34,501 nucleotides of DNA, taken from IMG/VR virus record IMGVR_UViG_3300032232_000231, positions 1-34,501 of that record; one strand, given 5' to 3'. Positions 9,116-19,899 of this stretch are shown piece after piece. This DNA comes from a virus. Lineage: Duplodnaviria > Caudoviricetes. The first letter of the stretch is position 1. Every line of letters starts with the position of its first letter. The position numbers were made by a program, and so were the translations under genes. The notes under the pieces were generated by a model. That model saw only the letters and a list, made by a program, of their open reading frames with translations, was not told the DNA's origin and did not search any database.

Positions 9116-10051
9116 ATGTCAGAAGCACAAGTAGTGGACCAGCCTAAACAAGCCAGTTCAATAGTAACAAGTGAAAATTTAGCTGAATACAATGCTGATA
9201 AATTAGGTTTAGCTTCCGAATCAAGCCCAACTGCGGCTGATACTGTTGATGAAAAATCCAGTTCAGAGCCAGCGGCCGATAAAGGACAGAGTGAACCAGG
9301 ATTAGCGGAAGATGAAGCGACCGGAACAGAAGAAAAGAAGCAAAACCCAAAGTTAGAAAAACGTTTTTCTGAATTAACCAAGGCACGTAAAGAAGCTGAA
9401 GCACAAGTAGCTGAAGAACGTAAAGCCAGGGAAAGTTTAGAAGCACGTTTAGCGGCATTAGAAGGCAATCGGGCACCCAACCAGGCACCTGAAAGCAATC
9501 AAAAGCCGTCCCCTGACAGTTACAAAGATGCTTTTGAATATGCAGAAGCATTAGCGCAATGGTCAGCGGAAAACGCATTAGCAAAGCGTGAACAGGAAGT
9601 AAAGCAGAAGGAAGTTGAAGCTAAACGTGCCACGGTTATAAAGACTTGGCAAGAAAAGCTAGAAGCTACTAAAGCTGAATTACCTGATTACGAAGTTATG
9701 GTGTCATCAAGTTCTATGTCAGTAAATGATACGGTGCGTGATGCGATTGTTGAAAGTGACGTAGGACCAAGAATCCTATATGAACTTGCAAGCAATGATG
9801 AATTAGCTGAAAAGCTTTCAAACATGACTACGGCTGGTGCTTTAAAACTAATTGGGAAGCTGGAAGCGCAGTTTGAAAAGACTGAAGAACCAGCGAAAGC
9901 GGAAAAGAAAACTGTTGCGGCGAAGTCTAAAGCACCTGAACCTATTCGTCCTTTAAGGTCCACGGGTGGCGTAGCCGATGTAGGTACTGATGGAAGTGAT
10001 ATGTCATACCAACAATGGAAAGCCGCACGACAAGCCGGGAAGATTAGATAA
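9116..10051 (+). CDS. Capsid scaffolding protein
   Basis: Between portal and coat; acidic N-terminus, KRFSELT coiled-coil, basic C-terminal helix. Confidence 0.85.
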   Translation: MSEAQVVDQPKQASSIVTSENLAEYNADKLGLASESSPTAADTVDEKSSSEPAADKGQSEPGLAEDEATGTEEKKQNPKLEKRFSELTKARKEAEAQVAEERKARESLEARLAALEGNRAPNQAPESNQKPSPDSYKDAFEYAEALAQWSAENALAKREQEVKQKEVEAKRATVIKTWQEKLEATKAELPDYEVMVSSSSMSVNDTVRDAIVESDVGPRILYELASNDELAEKLSNMTTAGALKLIGKLEAQFEKTEEPAKAEKKTVAAKSKAPEPIRPLRSTGGVADVGTDGSDMSYQQWKAARQAGKIR

Positions 10052-10085
10052 AGGTTAAACCTAATTTAATTTTGAAGGAAATATC

Positions 10086-11324
10086 ATGTCAAATAATTTA
10101 TTGACGATTAGCAAAATCACCAACGAAGCGTTGATGGTTCTTGAAAACGAATTAACTTTTACTGGTCAAGTTGACCGTAATTATGATGATCAGTTCGCTG
10201 TTGTTGGGGCCAAGATAGGCCAAACCGTTAATGTAAGACGTCCTGGACGATTCCTAGGCGCAATTGGACCGAATTTAGTAGTTGAAGATTTCAACGAAAC
10301 TTCAGTACCAGTTACATTGTCAACACAGTTCCAAGTTTCAACACAGTTCACAACACAAGATTTAGCATTGTCTTTAGATATGTTCTCTGACCGTATTTTG
10401 AAGCCAGCTATTGCTACTGTTGCTAACAAAATGGACCGTGATGGTTTATTAGTTGCTAAAAACAACACCGCAAACATCGTTGGTACTGCTGGTACTGCTC
10501 CAACTGGTTTGATTACTTACCTGACTGCGGCCGCTTACCTTGATTCTGAAGGCGCACCACGTGATGGTCGCCGTTCATGCACAATCGAGCCATTTACTTC
10601 TTCAACTATCGTTGATAGCTTAAAAGGTTTGTTTGTTCCAACTGAACAGATTTCTAGCCAATACACCAAGGGCCTAATGGGCCGTGATTCCGGTGGTATG
10701 AACTGGTATATGGATCAGAACGTTGTTTCACAAACTTTCGGTTCTTATGCTTCTGCAACATTGTCATGCAACGTAACAACTGCAACTGGCTTCCTAACTA
10801 GCGGATGGGCTTATTCAAGCAACATCACTATTGGTGCTACTTCTGCGGCCGCTACATTGAACCAAGGCGATACATTCACAATCGCTGGCGTTTATGCAGT
10901 TAACCCACAGAACCGTCAGTCTTATGGCAAATTGCGTAACTTTGTAGTTCAATCTACAACTGCAATTGGTTCAGGCGGTACTGCAACTGTTACCGTTGTT
11001 CCAGCCGTTATTACCGCTGGTCAGTTCCAAAACGTAAGCGTTACATCAACTGGTTCACAGACAGTTACACCATTTAACAATACTGGTGTAGTTTCCCCAC
11101 AGAACATTTTGATGCACCGCAATGCGTTTACATTAGCTTGTGCTGACTTGGAATTGCCTGAAGGCGTTCATTTTGCCGGCCGTGCAAGCGACAAAGAACT
11201 AGGTCTATCAATTCGTGTCGTACGTCAATACACCATCAATAACGATAGTATTCCTACTCGTTTGGATGTGTTGTATGGCTGGGCACCTTTGTACCCTGAA
11301 CTTGCTTGCCGGGTAGCATCGTAA
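10086..11324 (+). CDS. Major capsid protein (P22 coat gp5 family)
   Basis: 412 aa; KIGQTVNVRRP and RLDVLYG motifs; GAAGGA RBS. Confidence 0.93.
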   Translation: MSNNLLTISKITNEALMVLENELTFTGQVDRNYDDQFAVVGAKIGQTVNVRRPGRFLGAIGPNLVVEDFNETSVPVTLSTQFQVSTQFTTQDLALSLDMFSDRILKPAIATVANKMDRDGLLVAKNNTANIVGTAGTAPTGLITYLTAAAYLDSEGAPRDGRRSCTIEPFTSSTIVDSLKGLFVPTEQISSQYTKGLMGRDSGGMNWYMDQNVVSQTFGSYASATLSCNVTTATGFLTSGWAYSSNITIGATSAAATLNQGDTFTIAGVYAVNPQNRQSYGKLRNFVVQSTTAIGSGGTATVTVVPAVITAGQFQNVSVTSTGSQTVTPFNNTGVVSPQNILMHRNAFTLACADLELPEGVHFAGRASDKELGLSIRVVRQYTINNDSIPTRLDVLYGWAPLYPELACRVAS

Positions 11325-11330
11325 TTAATC

Positions 11331-11352
11331 GTAGGGGGAAACCCCTACTTTT
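11331..11352 (+). terminator. Rho-independent terminator after the coat gene
   Basis: GTAGGGG-GAAA-CCCCTAC-TTTT. Confidence 0.7.
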
Positions 11353-11377
11353 CAACTAAATTTAAGGAATTAAAATC

Positions 11378-11800
11378 ATGGCAAATCCAGGACCAGCAAC
11401 AACCGTAACGAATCACCCTTCAAATCTAGCAACCAATCAAGCTATTCGTTTGTTGGCTTCTTACCAGGGTGTTAACGTCAATGCAACTGGCGATACCGTT
11501 CTTCCAATTTTGAACACCGGTAGCTATTCAGTTTCTAACGTTATTTTCACTAACGCATCAACCAGTTTGACAACTGCCGCCGCTGGCTTGTTTACTGCAC
11601 CATCCGCTGGTGGTACAGGAATCGTAGCTAACGCCGCATTGTCAGCATTGACTGGTGCAACTGTTGTAAGTCAACGTACTGTTGCTTCAACTGCCGCACA
11701 AACAGGTCAAAATCTTTATGTAAACGTTGGTACTGCACAAGGTGCGGCCGCCACTATGGACGTTTATGTTTATGGTTACGATCTAACATTCCTACCTTAA
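11378..11800 (+). CDS. Probable capsid decoration/minor virion protein
   Basis: Follows the coat gene; TAAGGA RBS; A/T/G/V-rich beta-type composition. Confidence 0.55.
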   Translation: MANPGPATTVTNHPSNLATNQAIRLLASYQGVNVNATGDTVLPILNTGSYSVSNVIFTNASTSLTTAAAGLFTAPSAGGTGIVANAALSALTGATVVSQRTVASTAAQTGQNLYVNVGTAQGAAATMDVYVYGYDLTFLP

Positions 11801-11822
11801 TAGGGACTAGGAAATAGTGAGG

Positions 11823-11859
11823 AAAGCCACCCCCATAAAGGGTGGTTTTTTTCCTTTTT
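11823..11859 (+). terminator. Rho-independent terminator
   Basis: GCCACCC(11825-31)/GGGTGGT(11840-46) followed by a long T tract. Confidence 0.8.
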
Positions 11860-11897
11860 ACGCTTATAATTAATCATCCTCATTTAAGGAAAACATC

Positions 11898-12224
11898 ATG
11901 CCATCTACTACCCTAGCACGTGGAAATGCAATCAACACTTTCTACATTCAACCATCATTAACACCAGTTGCAGTATTAACGGCAGTTAGCCCAGCACAAA
12001 CTTTTGCTTTGCCTGGCTTACTTACTACTGACATTATTCGTGTTGTTGGTTTAAGTGGTGCCCAAACTTCAGGCATTGTTACTGCCCAAGCATATTGTGC
12101 CGCCGCAAACGTACTTACTATTCAATTTGGAAACATTACTGGCGGCACATTAACACCAGCGGCCGGTGCATATTCAATTGAAATTATTCGTTTAGAAGGC
12201 CCAGCCCCAGTAACGGCGGTGTAA
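11898..12224 (+). CDS. Probable virion structural protein
   Basis: TAAGGA RBS; position and composition. Confidence 0.55.
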   Translation: MPSTTLARGNAINTFYIQPSLTPVAVLTAVSPAQTFALPGLLTTDIIRVVGLSGAQTSGIVTAQAYCAAANVLTIQFGNITGGTLTPAAGAYSIEIIRLEGPAPVTAV

Positions 12225-12226
12225 TC

Positions 12227-12580
12227 ATGTCAAACACTAACGTATTACGCCCTATTGGGCCAACAACGTATGTTGCAGTTACAACCAGTTCATCAACTGC
12301 GGTCACTATTAGTGCTTCAGGAAATAACCAAATGGACTATTGCGCCTTTTTAAATACAGGCACAACACCCATTGCAATTACTATTGTTCCAGTTGTAGCT
12401 GGCGTTGGAAGTGCCGGAGTTACGGCTTTCCCGGCTGATGGTGCTTCTAAAAACATAGTAGTTCTTGGTGTTTCTATGCAAATGCCTATGGTTATTGCCG
12501 TTCCACCAGTATTTTCTGTAACTGCATTAGGAACTGCTTCTGTTAGCTTGTATATAACACCAGTTGGTGATCAGTCTTAA
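12227..12580 (+). CDS. Probable virion structural protein
   Basis: Position and composition. Confidence 0.55.
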   Translation: MSNTNVLRPIGPTTYVAVTTSSSTAVTISASGNNQMDYCAFLNTGTTPIAITIVPVVAGVGSAGVTAFPADGASKNIVVLGVSMQMPMVIAVPPVFSVTALGTASVSLYITPVGDQS

Positions 12581-12589
12581 AGGAAAAGT

Positions 12590-15025
12590 ATGACCAGCCC
12601 ATCTAATTCTGCGGTACAGAATTTATTACCAGTTCAAGCCTACTTCAATTTAGATGGGTCTTTTAATACATTTATTGGCCAAGGTACACCGTTTTATGCA
12701 ACGGCTAACCCAATCCAATCCGGTTTAACAATCACCAATAGCACAATTAATAGTTCTGTAATTGGTGGATCAGTACCGGCGGCTGGCACATTTACTAATA
12801 TTGCAACAACAACGGGCACAATTACTACTGCCGCAAGCGGTCCAACTGACATTGTTAATAAACAATATGTTGACTACTTTGCCGCTGGATTAAGCTGGAA
12901 AGCCCCAGCACTTACGGCAACGTCCGGGGACATTACCTTATCAGGCCTACAAACCATTAATGGTGTAACCCTTGTAGCCGGCGATGTTGTATTAGTTAAA
13001 AACCAAACAAATGCCGCACAAAATGGTATTTATGTTGCTTCTGCTACTGCCTGGACGTATTCAATAGGTGGCGATACTTGGGCAGAATATGTTGGTGCCA
13101 TTATTTTTATTTCATCCGGTTCATTAAATGGAACCGCTTGGTATTGCACGGCACAACCTGGCGGTACCCTTGGCGTAACTGCCATGAATTGGTCAAACTT
13201 TAGCGTAGCATCAACTTATACCGCTGGTACTGGTTTAACCCTTGTTGGTACTCAATTTAGTATTACCAATACTGGCGTTTCAGCGGCAAGTTATGGTTCT
13301 GCAACTGCTTCAGCGGTCATTGCAGTAAACGCCCAGGGTCAAATTACTTCTGCATCAAGTTCAACTATTACCCCAGCCGTAGGATCAATTACAGGCCTTG
13401 GTACTGGCGTTGCTACTGCATTGGCGGTCAATACTGGTTCGGCTGGTGCTTTTGTAGTTAATGGCGGTGCATTAGGTACCCCAGCTTCAGGTGATTTTTC
13501 TACTGGCACATTTACTTGGCCAACATTTAATCAAAACACAACTGGCTATGCGGCTAGTTTGGCGGGCGGTGCGGCTGGTTCATTACCTTACCAATCTGCC
13601 GTTAATACAACTATATTCTTGGCCGCTGGTAGTAATGGTCAGGTTCTTACATTAGCCGCTGGCGTTCCATCTTGGGCAACCCCTTCTGCCGGAACTGTTA
13701 CTTCAATTGCAACCGCTGGATCAGTAAACGGAATTACCCTTACTGGTGGTCCAATTACAAGCACAGGAACAATTACCCTTGGCGGTACATTAGGAAGCAT
13801 TGCAAACAGTCAATTAACTAATAGTTCTATTACTTTTGGTGCAACTGCGGCCGCCCTGGGAACTACTGTAAGTGGATTTAATGCCGTAACAATTGGTGCA
13901 ACAACTGCTTCAACTGGTGCATTTACTGTTTTATCTACCAGTTCTACTACAAGCACAACACCAGTTTTAGGATTTAATGCTTCAAATTGTAATTTTGCTT
14001 TAGGTGCAACTGTTGCAAGTAGCTATTTGCAATCAGTAATGCAAAACAAATCTGCAACTGCCGGGGCTTCTACAAACTGGGCAATAAGTAATGATTTAGG
14101 TACAGATTCTACTTATTACGGTGAAATGGGCATGAATTCATCCGTATTTAGTGCATCTACACCGGCTGATTTCTTTAGCATTAACAATGGAATTTATTTT
14201 ACTGGCCATGATGGTGACATAAGTTATGGTTCAGGCAATGGATTTAAAACCTATTTTGCCTGGGGAACTGTTGGTCAATCTGCCCACGTTATTAATGCAA
14301 CTGGTGCTATTGGTTTATCTACTAACCTTGGAACTACCCCAGCCGGAAGCGGAACAACTGGATTTGGTACCGCTGGTTATTTAATGCAAACCAATGGTTC
14401 TGCCGCCGCCCCAACTTGGGTAGCACAATCCACTATTGCGGCCGGTTCTGCAACAACCGCTACAACTGCAACTAATGCTACAAACGTAGCCGTTACTGAC
14501 GATACAACTACTGCAACTACCGTTTATCCAACTTGGGTAACAACCACTACTGGCAATTTGCCAATTAAAACGGCTTCTACTAAATTAAGTTTTGTGCCAT
14601 CAACCGGTGTATTAACTGCTACAAGTTTTGCTGGTTCAGGTGCTAATTTAACAGGCGTTATTACATCATTAACTGCCGGAACTGGCGTTTCTGTATCAGG
14701 AAGCACAATTAATGCAACTGGTTCAACTATTAATTCGCAATCTAGCGGATATACATTAGTTGCCGGTGATGCTGGAAAAGTAATTTCAATTACTACTGGC
14801 GGTGTAACTGTTCCAAATGCAATTTTATCTGCCGGCAATATTGTTACTATTTACAATAATTCAGGTTCTAGCCAAACAATTACCCAGGGCACAAGCGTTA
14901 CATTGCAATGGGCTGGCCAAGCATCATCAACCACCGGCAATAGAACCCTTGGTTTGTATGGCATGGCAACTATTGTTTTCATTAGTTCTTCTAATGCCGT
15001 GATTACAGGATCAGGTCTAACATGA
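12590..15025 (+). CDS. Long fibre protein (T/S/G/A-rich)
   Basis: 811 aa; VNKQYVD, LSGLQTINGV..VLVKNQT..QNGIY, TAGTGL/TAGTGV and VNAQGQIT fibre modules. Confidence 0.75.
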   Translation: MTSPSNSAVQNLLPVQAYFNLDGSFNTFIGQGTPFYATANPIQSGLTITNSTINSSVIGGSVPAAGTFTNIATTTGTITTAASGPTDIVNKQYVDYFAAGLSWKAPALTATSGDITLSGLQTINGVTLVAGDVVLVKNQTNAAQNGIYVASATAWTYSIGGDTWAEYVGAIIFISSGSLNGTAWYCTAQPGGTLGVTAMNWSNFSVASTYTAGTGLTLVGTQFSITNTGVSAASYGSATASAVIAVNAQGQITSASSSTITPAVGSITGLGTGVATALAVNTGSAGAFVVNGGALGTPASGDFSTGTFTWPTFNQNTTGYAASLAGGAAGSLPYQSAVNTTIFLAAGSNGQVLTLAAGVPSWATPSAGTVTSIATAGSVNGITLTGGPITSTGTITLGGTLGSIANSQLTNSSITFGATAAALGTTVSGFNAVTIGATTASTGAFTVLSTSSTTSTTPVLGFNASNCNFALGATVASSYLQSVMQNKSATAGASTNWAISNDLGTDSTYYGEMGMNSSVFSASTPADFFSINNGIYFTGHDGDISYGSGNGFKTYFAWGTVGQSAHVINATGAIGLSTNLGTTPAGSGTTGFGTAGYLMQTNGSAAAPTWVAQSTIAAGSATTATTATNATNVAVTDDTTTATTVYPTWVTTTTGNLPIKTASTKLSFVPSTGVLTATSFAGSGANLTGVITSLTAGTGVSVSGSTINATGSTINSQSSGYTLVAGDAGKVISITTGGVTVPNAILSAGNIVTIYNNSGSSQTITQGTSVTLQWAGQASSTTGNRTLGLYGMATIVFISSSNAVITGSGLT

Positions 15026-15864
15026 CCATAATGCAAGCATTATTAGGTGTTGGTGGAGTTTCGCCTACCCCTGATGTTAGCTATTTGATTCTTTCAGGCG
15101 GTGCTGGTGGCGGTAGTGACCGGGGCGGTGGTGGTGGTGCTGGTGGCTATTTAACAGGCACTCAATCGGTAACTGGTGGTTCCACTTATTCACTAACAAT
15201 AGGTGGTGGGGGTGCCGGTGCCCCACAAGTAACTGGCGGTAATGGTAGGCAAGGAACCAATGGTTCTACTACTACATTTAACTCAATATCCTCAACTGGT
15301 GGCGGTGGTGGGGGTGGGTGTAATTTAACTTACAGGGACGGCCTAACTGGCGGTTCCGGCGGTGGCGGTTCTAAATTTGCTGGTAATGGAACTGGCGGTT
15401 CGGGAACTAGCGGCCAAGGAAATTCGGGCGGTAATGGCTCTGAATCAGGAAATTCAGGTGGTGGTGGTGGTGGCTCAAATGCGGCCGGAACAAGCGCACC
15501 ACCGGCTGGTGCTGGCGGTAGTGGATCTAGCTGGTTAAATGGCATTACTTATGCTGGTGGTGGTGGCGGTGGCGCAATTTCAGGTGCGGCAAGCGGCGGA
15601 TCAAGCATTGGCGGCAATGGCGGTAACAACGGTTCTGCCGGTACTGCCGGGGCAACTGGCAAAGGTTCCGGGGGCGGTGGCGGTGGCGGCGGCGGTGGAA
15701 CGGCAACTGGCTACGCCGGTGGTGCTGGATCAGGCGGTGCAGTTGGAATTGCTTACGCTAATACATACCCAACTCTTACATCAACTACTGGATCACCTAC
15801 TTATTCAAATACTGGTGGCTACCATACTTATTTATGGACTTCTTCAGGTTCATTTACAGTTTAA
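15022..15864 (+). CDS. Glycine-rich fibre-tip/adhesin-like protein
   Basis: Many GGGGG runs (polyglycine-II type); ATGA-coupled to the fibre gene. Confidence 0.65.
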   Translation: MTIMQALLGVGGVSPTPDVSYLILSGGAGGGSDRGGGGGAGGYLTGTQSVTGGSTYSLTIGGGGAGAPQVTGGNGRQGTNGSTTTFNSISSTGGGGGGGCNLTYRDGLTGGSGGGGSKFAGNGTGGSGTSGQGNSGGNGSESGNSGGGGGGSNAAGTSAPPAGAGGSGSSWLNGITYAGGGGGGAISGAASGGSSIGGNGGNNGSAGTAGATGKGSGGGGGGGGGGTATGYAGGAGSGGAVGIAYANTYPTLTSTTGSPTYSNTGGYHTYLWTSSGSFTV

Positions 15865-15872
15865 GGATATAA

Positions 15873-16226
15873 ATGAGCCACTTTGCAAAAATAGAAAATG
15901 GAATAGTTCAGCAAGTAATTGTTGCAGAACAAGATTTTATTGATTCTTTAGAAGGACAATGGGTTCAAACTTCTTACAATACTAGAGGTGGAATTCATTA
16001 CGCACCTGATTCCTGGGAACCTGATGATGGAGTTGCAATAAGAGGAAATTACGCTGGTATTGGTTACATATATGATGAAACAAATGATGTATTTTATGAA
16101 CCAAAACCACATAATGGCTGGATATTAAATCAATCTACTTGGTTATGGGAGCCACCTATTTCAGCCCCACAAGATGGCAATGAATATAGGTGGAATGAAG
16201 AATTATTAGAATGGGTTCAAATCTAA
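15873..16226 (+). CDS. Fibre-associated conserved hypothetical protein
   Basis: MSHFAK...WVQTSYN...RGNYAGIGY motifs, typically found next to Gly-rich proteins. Confidence 0.6.
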   Translation: MSHFAKIENGIVQQVIVAEQDFIDSLEGQWVQTSYNTRGGIHYAPDSWEPDDGVAIRGNYAGIGYIYDETNDVFYEPKPHNGWILNQSTWLWEPPISAPQDGNEYRWNEELLEWVQI

Positions 16227-16227
16227 T

Positions 16228-16533
16228 ATGTTTACATGGTCAATTTTAGAAACTTTTGGTGATAAAACAATTACCAAAGTACGTTACTTACTGAAAGCAC
16301 AAGATGAACAAAATACTGTTGAAACTGAAGGAAGCCATCAATTTTCTGAAGGATTGGTTTGTAAACCTTTATCAGAAATTAAAGAATCTGATTTAATTGG
16401 CTGGATTGAATCAGACACTACCCAAGATGGTGTAAACCTTATAAAATTGAACCTAGAAAATCAATTAGAAGCACTAAAAACAAGTAAAAAAATGGCATTT
16501 CCCTGGGAAGCCAATACTTTTACTATTGAATAG
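16228..16533 (+). CDS. Hypothetical fibre-associated protein
   Basis: Operonic; C-terminal FPW. Confidence 0.6.
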   Translation: MFTWSILETFGDKTITKVRYLLKAQDEQNTVETEGSHQFSEGLVCKPLSEIKESDLIGWIESDTTQDGVNLIKLNLENQLEALKTSKKMAFPWEANTFTIE

Positions 16534-16541
16534 GACAGTTT

Positions 16542-17534
16542 ATGGCAAAGCCAATTGATATTATTACTGGTTCTTTAAAGGATATTGGTGCATTAGCGGC
16601 CGGGGAAGCCCCTAGCAATGATGCGGCCCAAGATGCCCTAGAAATGTTAAACCTGATTGTTGACCAATGGTCTAACGAAAACATGATGGTTTTTAACATT
16701 CAAGAAATTATTTGGAACGTTGTGCCAGGCCAAATTCAATACACTATTGGACCTAATCACACTACCAATAACTTTATTGGTGCCCAATACACGGGTTCAA
16801 TTACTGGTAACGTTTTGACTGTAACGGCCATTAGTAGCGGTGCCGTAGTGGTTAACCAGTATTTAGGTGGAACCGGCATTACTGATGGCACCAAGATTAT
16901 TTCTACCTTAACTGGTGCTGGCGGTAACGTTAACGAAGTTGGTACCTATTTGCTTAATGTTACTTATGCAAGCCCAGTAGCTTCCCAGTTAATTCAAGCT
17001 TATTACGCCAAGCCGCTAAATATTAATTCTGCTTATGTTCGTGTTAATACTAGCCAAAGTAGCGGAAGCCCCATTTTAACTGGTGGTATTGACTATCCAG
17101 TAGCTTGTATTGCCCTTGAAAACTATAATTCCATTGGCCTTAAAACGCTAAATGGACCGTGGCCTAAAGCCCTTTATTTCAATGCAAACGAAGATTCAGG
17201 CAACGTTTTCTTATGGCCAAGCCCATCCCAAGGTGAAGTTCATATGTTTGCTGAAACCCTTTTCAGAACTTATGATTCCCTTTATGACGATGCAACATTG
17301 CCACAGGGTTACACGGCGGCGTTGCGTTGGTGCCTTGCTGAACGTTTAATGCCAATGTATGGCAAAACAAATCCAGTATTGTTGGCACAAATTGGTGCTT
17401 TTGCCGCACAAGCTAAAGCTACTCTAAAATCAACAAACATGGCCCCAATGCGTGTTTCACGTTATTCAGATGCTTTATTAATGAGCAGAGCCAAAGATGC
17501 CGGATGGATTCTTACCGGCGGTTTTAATAATTAA
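16542..17534 (+). CDS. Head-tail adaptor (P22 gp4-like) with an inserted beta domain
   Basis: N-terminal [15 protein letters not shown]...DALEMLN; C-terminal [15 protein letters not shown]; upstream of the gp10-like gene. Confidence 0.7.
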   Translation: MAKPIDIITGSLKDIGALAAGEAPSNDAAQDALEMLNLIVDQWSNENMMVFNIQEIIWNVVPGQIQYTIGPNHTTNNFIGAQYTGSITGNVLTVTAISSGAVVVNQYLGGTGITDGTKIISTLTGAGGNVNEVGTYLLNVTYASPVASQLIQAYYAKPLNINSAYVRVNTSQSSGSPILTGGIDYPVACIALENYNSIGLKTLNGPWPKALYFNANEDSGNVFLWPSPSQGEVHMFAETLFRTYDSLYDDATLPQGYTAALRWCLAERLMPMYGKTNPVLLAQIGAFAAQAKATLKSTNMAPMRVSRYSDALLMSRAKDAGWILTGGFNN

Positions 17535-17542
17535 GGTCAAAT

Positions 17543-19645
17543 ATGCCTGATTTTGGATTTGTTGGCCCATCGTATGAAGCCCCGTCCATCTACCAAGATG
17601 CCCAGGAATGTATTAACTTTCGCCCTGAAATTGATCCATTAAAACAACCTGGCATGAATGGGGTGGTGGCTTTATATCCAACCCCAGGACTTACTAATAA
17701 AGTTACTTTGTTTAACACCGCAGAAGTGCGTGGTTTGCGTAACGTTTCCGGCGGTGAATACATGGTGGCAGTTTGTGGCCAATATGTATATGTTTTAAAT
17801 TCTACGTTTACACCAACCCTTATTGGAACTTTAAATAGTTCTACTGGAATGGTAGGCATAACTGATAACGGCCTTAATGTTTACATAGTAGATGGCACTT
17901 ACCGCTACACATGGCGTATTTCTAATCCATTGGCGGCACAATTTATTGGTTCAACATCAACTACAACTTTAACTGTTACGTCCATGAAATCCGGTACGTT
18001 GGCAGTAGGCCAACAATTATTTGGTATTGGTGTAAGCCCTGAAACAGTTATTACTGCCCTAGGTAGTGGTTCAGGTGGCGTAGGTACTTACACAATTAAT
18101 TTAAGCCAAACAGTAGCTTCACAAACTTTAAATACTGCGGCCGTAGCCGCCACAATAACTGGATCAATGTCAGGTACGGTTTTAACGGTTACTGCGGTAA
18201 CTAGCGGTACCTTATACCCAGGTCAAACTATTCAAGGAACTGGCGTAACTGCCGGAACAATTATTACGGCTTTGGGTGGTTCTGCCGCATTGTCTTTTGC
18301 CATTACAACTGGCGGTACAGGATATGCCGTAGGTGACACTATAACGGTTACTGGTGGCGTTTATAGCCAACAAGCTACATACACAGTAGCAACCGTTGCG
18401 GCCGGCGTAGTAACTGGTTTAACAACTGTAAGTAATGGTGTTTATACAGTAGTGCCAGGTACACCATCCCAAACAACTACTAGCGGTAATGGTACAGGGT
18501 TAACCCTTACATTAACGTTTGGTACAGGTACAGGGGGCACAGGAAGCTATGTTATTAGCACTTCACAAACTGTTTCATCAACTACACTTTATGCGCTTAA
18601 CTTTAGCGTTATGCCAGCTAATGATGGTCCTTTTACTGGGGCCGATGTTGTTGATGTGGTGGACAACTATTTTGTATATAACCGCCCCAATACTCAACAA
18701 TGGGGTGCTTCTTCCCCTTTATCCCCTATTTCACCGTCTTTAAGCTTTAGTTCAAAAGATGGCGCACCGGATGATTTAGTTTCTATGATTGTGGATCACC
18801 GTGAAGTGTATTTGCTTGGTGAATCTTCTTCAGAAGTTTGGGTAGATAGCGGATTATTCCCTTTTGCATTTCAACGTATTCCTGGCACTTCTACCCAGCA
18901 TGGTATTGCGGCCAAGTTTTCAGTAGCTAGGCTAGGTAATTCTTTTGCTTATTTAAGTAAAAACATTCGTGGTGATGGCCAAGTCATGATGATGAATGGC
19001 TATACCCCAACCCGTATTAGCACCCATGCCGTTGAATACAGTATTGAAGGCGGTTTTATTGCGGATGCTAGGGCTTGGACTTATCTTATTGAAGGCCATG
19101 AAGTTTACGTTGTAAGCTTTCCAACCCTTGATTTAACGTGGGCTTATGACATTGCAACCGGAATGTGGCATAAATGGCTATGGGTAGATAATCAAAACGT
19201 ATTCCATCGTCATCGTGGAAATTGCCATTCCCATTTTCAAGGAATAAACCTTGTTGGGGATCATTCTAACGGTCAAATTTATATGCTTGATTCTAGTAAT
19301 TACACCGATGATGGGGGTGAAATCCGCAGAGTTCGCCGTGCCCCCCATTTAATTAGTGATTATCAACGCCAATATTTTGCTGAATTTCAGATTCATTTCC
19401 AACCTGGCATTGGTTTGCCGGATGGTTCTGTTCCCCAAGCTATGTTGCGTTGGTCAGACGATGGCGGTTCTACCTATTCAAATGAGCATTGGACTAGCAT
19501 TGGCGTACAAGGGGCATACAAAAACCGTGCTATTTGGCGTAGATTAGGCCAATCTAGGGATAGAATATTTGAAGTAGTAGTAACTGATCCAATCAATGCC
19601 GTGATTACTGCGGCTAATCTTAAAGCGGAAGCTGGGGATAACTAA
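17543..19645 (+). CDS. Tail nozzle / DNA stabilisation protein (P22 gp10-like) with inserted domains
   Basis: GPSY...[45 protein letters not shown] motifs. Confidence 0.85.
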   Translation: MPDFGFVGPSYEAPSIYQDAQECINFRPEIDPLKQPGMNGVVALYPTPGLTNKVTLFNTAEVRGLRNVSGGEYMVAVCGQYVYVLNSTFTPTLIGTLNSSTGMVGITDNGLNVYIVDGTYRYTWRISNPLAAQFIGSTSTTTLTVTSMKSGTLAVGQQLFGIGVSPETVITALGSGSGGVGTYTINLSQTVASQTLNTAAVAATITGSMSGTVLTVTAVTSGTLYPGQTIQGTGVTAGTIITALGGSAALSFAITTGGTGYAVGDTITVTGGVYSQQATYTVATVAAGVVTGLTTVSNGVYTVVPGTPSQTTTSGNGTGLTLTLTFGTGTGGTGSYVISTSQTVSSTTLYALNFSVMPANDGPFTGADVVDVVDNYFVYNRPNTQQWGASSPLSPISPSLSFSSKDGAPDDLVSMIVDHREVYLLGESSSEVWVDSGLFPFAFQRIPGTSTQHGIAAKFSVARLGNSFAYLSKNIRGDGQVMMMNGYTPTRISTHAVEYSIEGGFIADARAWTYLIEGHEVYVVSFPTLDLTWAYDIATGMWHKWLWVDNQNVFHRHRGNCHSHFQGINLVGDHSNGQIYMLDSSNYTDDGGEIRRVRRAPHLISDYQRQYFAEFQIHFQPGIGLPDGSVPQAMLRWSDDGGSTYSNEHWTSIGVQGAYKNRAIWRRLGQSRDRIFEVVVTDPINAVITAANLKAEAGDN

Positions 19646-19899
19646 TGGCAATAGCACCAGGCGGTCAAGGCGGAATTTGGACTAATACCCAAAATAACCC
19701 TTATCCACAATCACCATTACTAGACGAACAAACCAAACGTCCAACCAGGGCGTGGCAACAATTTTTCCTTGGAATACTAAACTTTACTTCAGCTACTACG
19801 GCTAACAAAGGTGCGGCAACCCTACCGGCTAATCCAGTAGGATTTATTAACATTACAGTTAATGGCCAACCATTTAAAGTGCCTTATTACAATCCATGA
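19645..19899 (+). CDS. Small tail protein at the gp26 (needle/plug) position
   Basis: Synteny after gp10; TRAWQQFF motif. Confidence 0.5.
   Translation: MAIAPGGQGGIWTNTQNNPYPQSPLLDEQTKRPTRAWQQFFLGILNFTSATTANKGAATLPANPVGFINITVNGQPFKVPYYNP

Noticed and set aside
9076-10477. Antisense ORFs over scaffold and coat (and similar shadow ORFs elsewhere)
   Set aside because: They overlap well-supported genes and lack RBS or motifs.
11842-11870. TATAAT after the terminator as an internal promoter
   Set aside because: No credible -35 or extended -10 at the right spacing.
15100-15740. GGT/GGC tandem runs as a DNA repeat element or DGR target
   Set aside because: Explained by polyglycine coding; no reverse transcriptase or template repeat seen.
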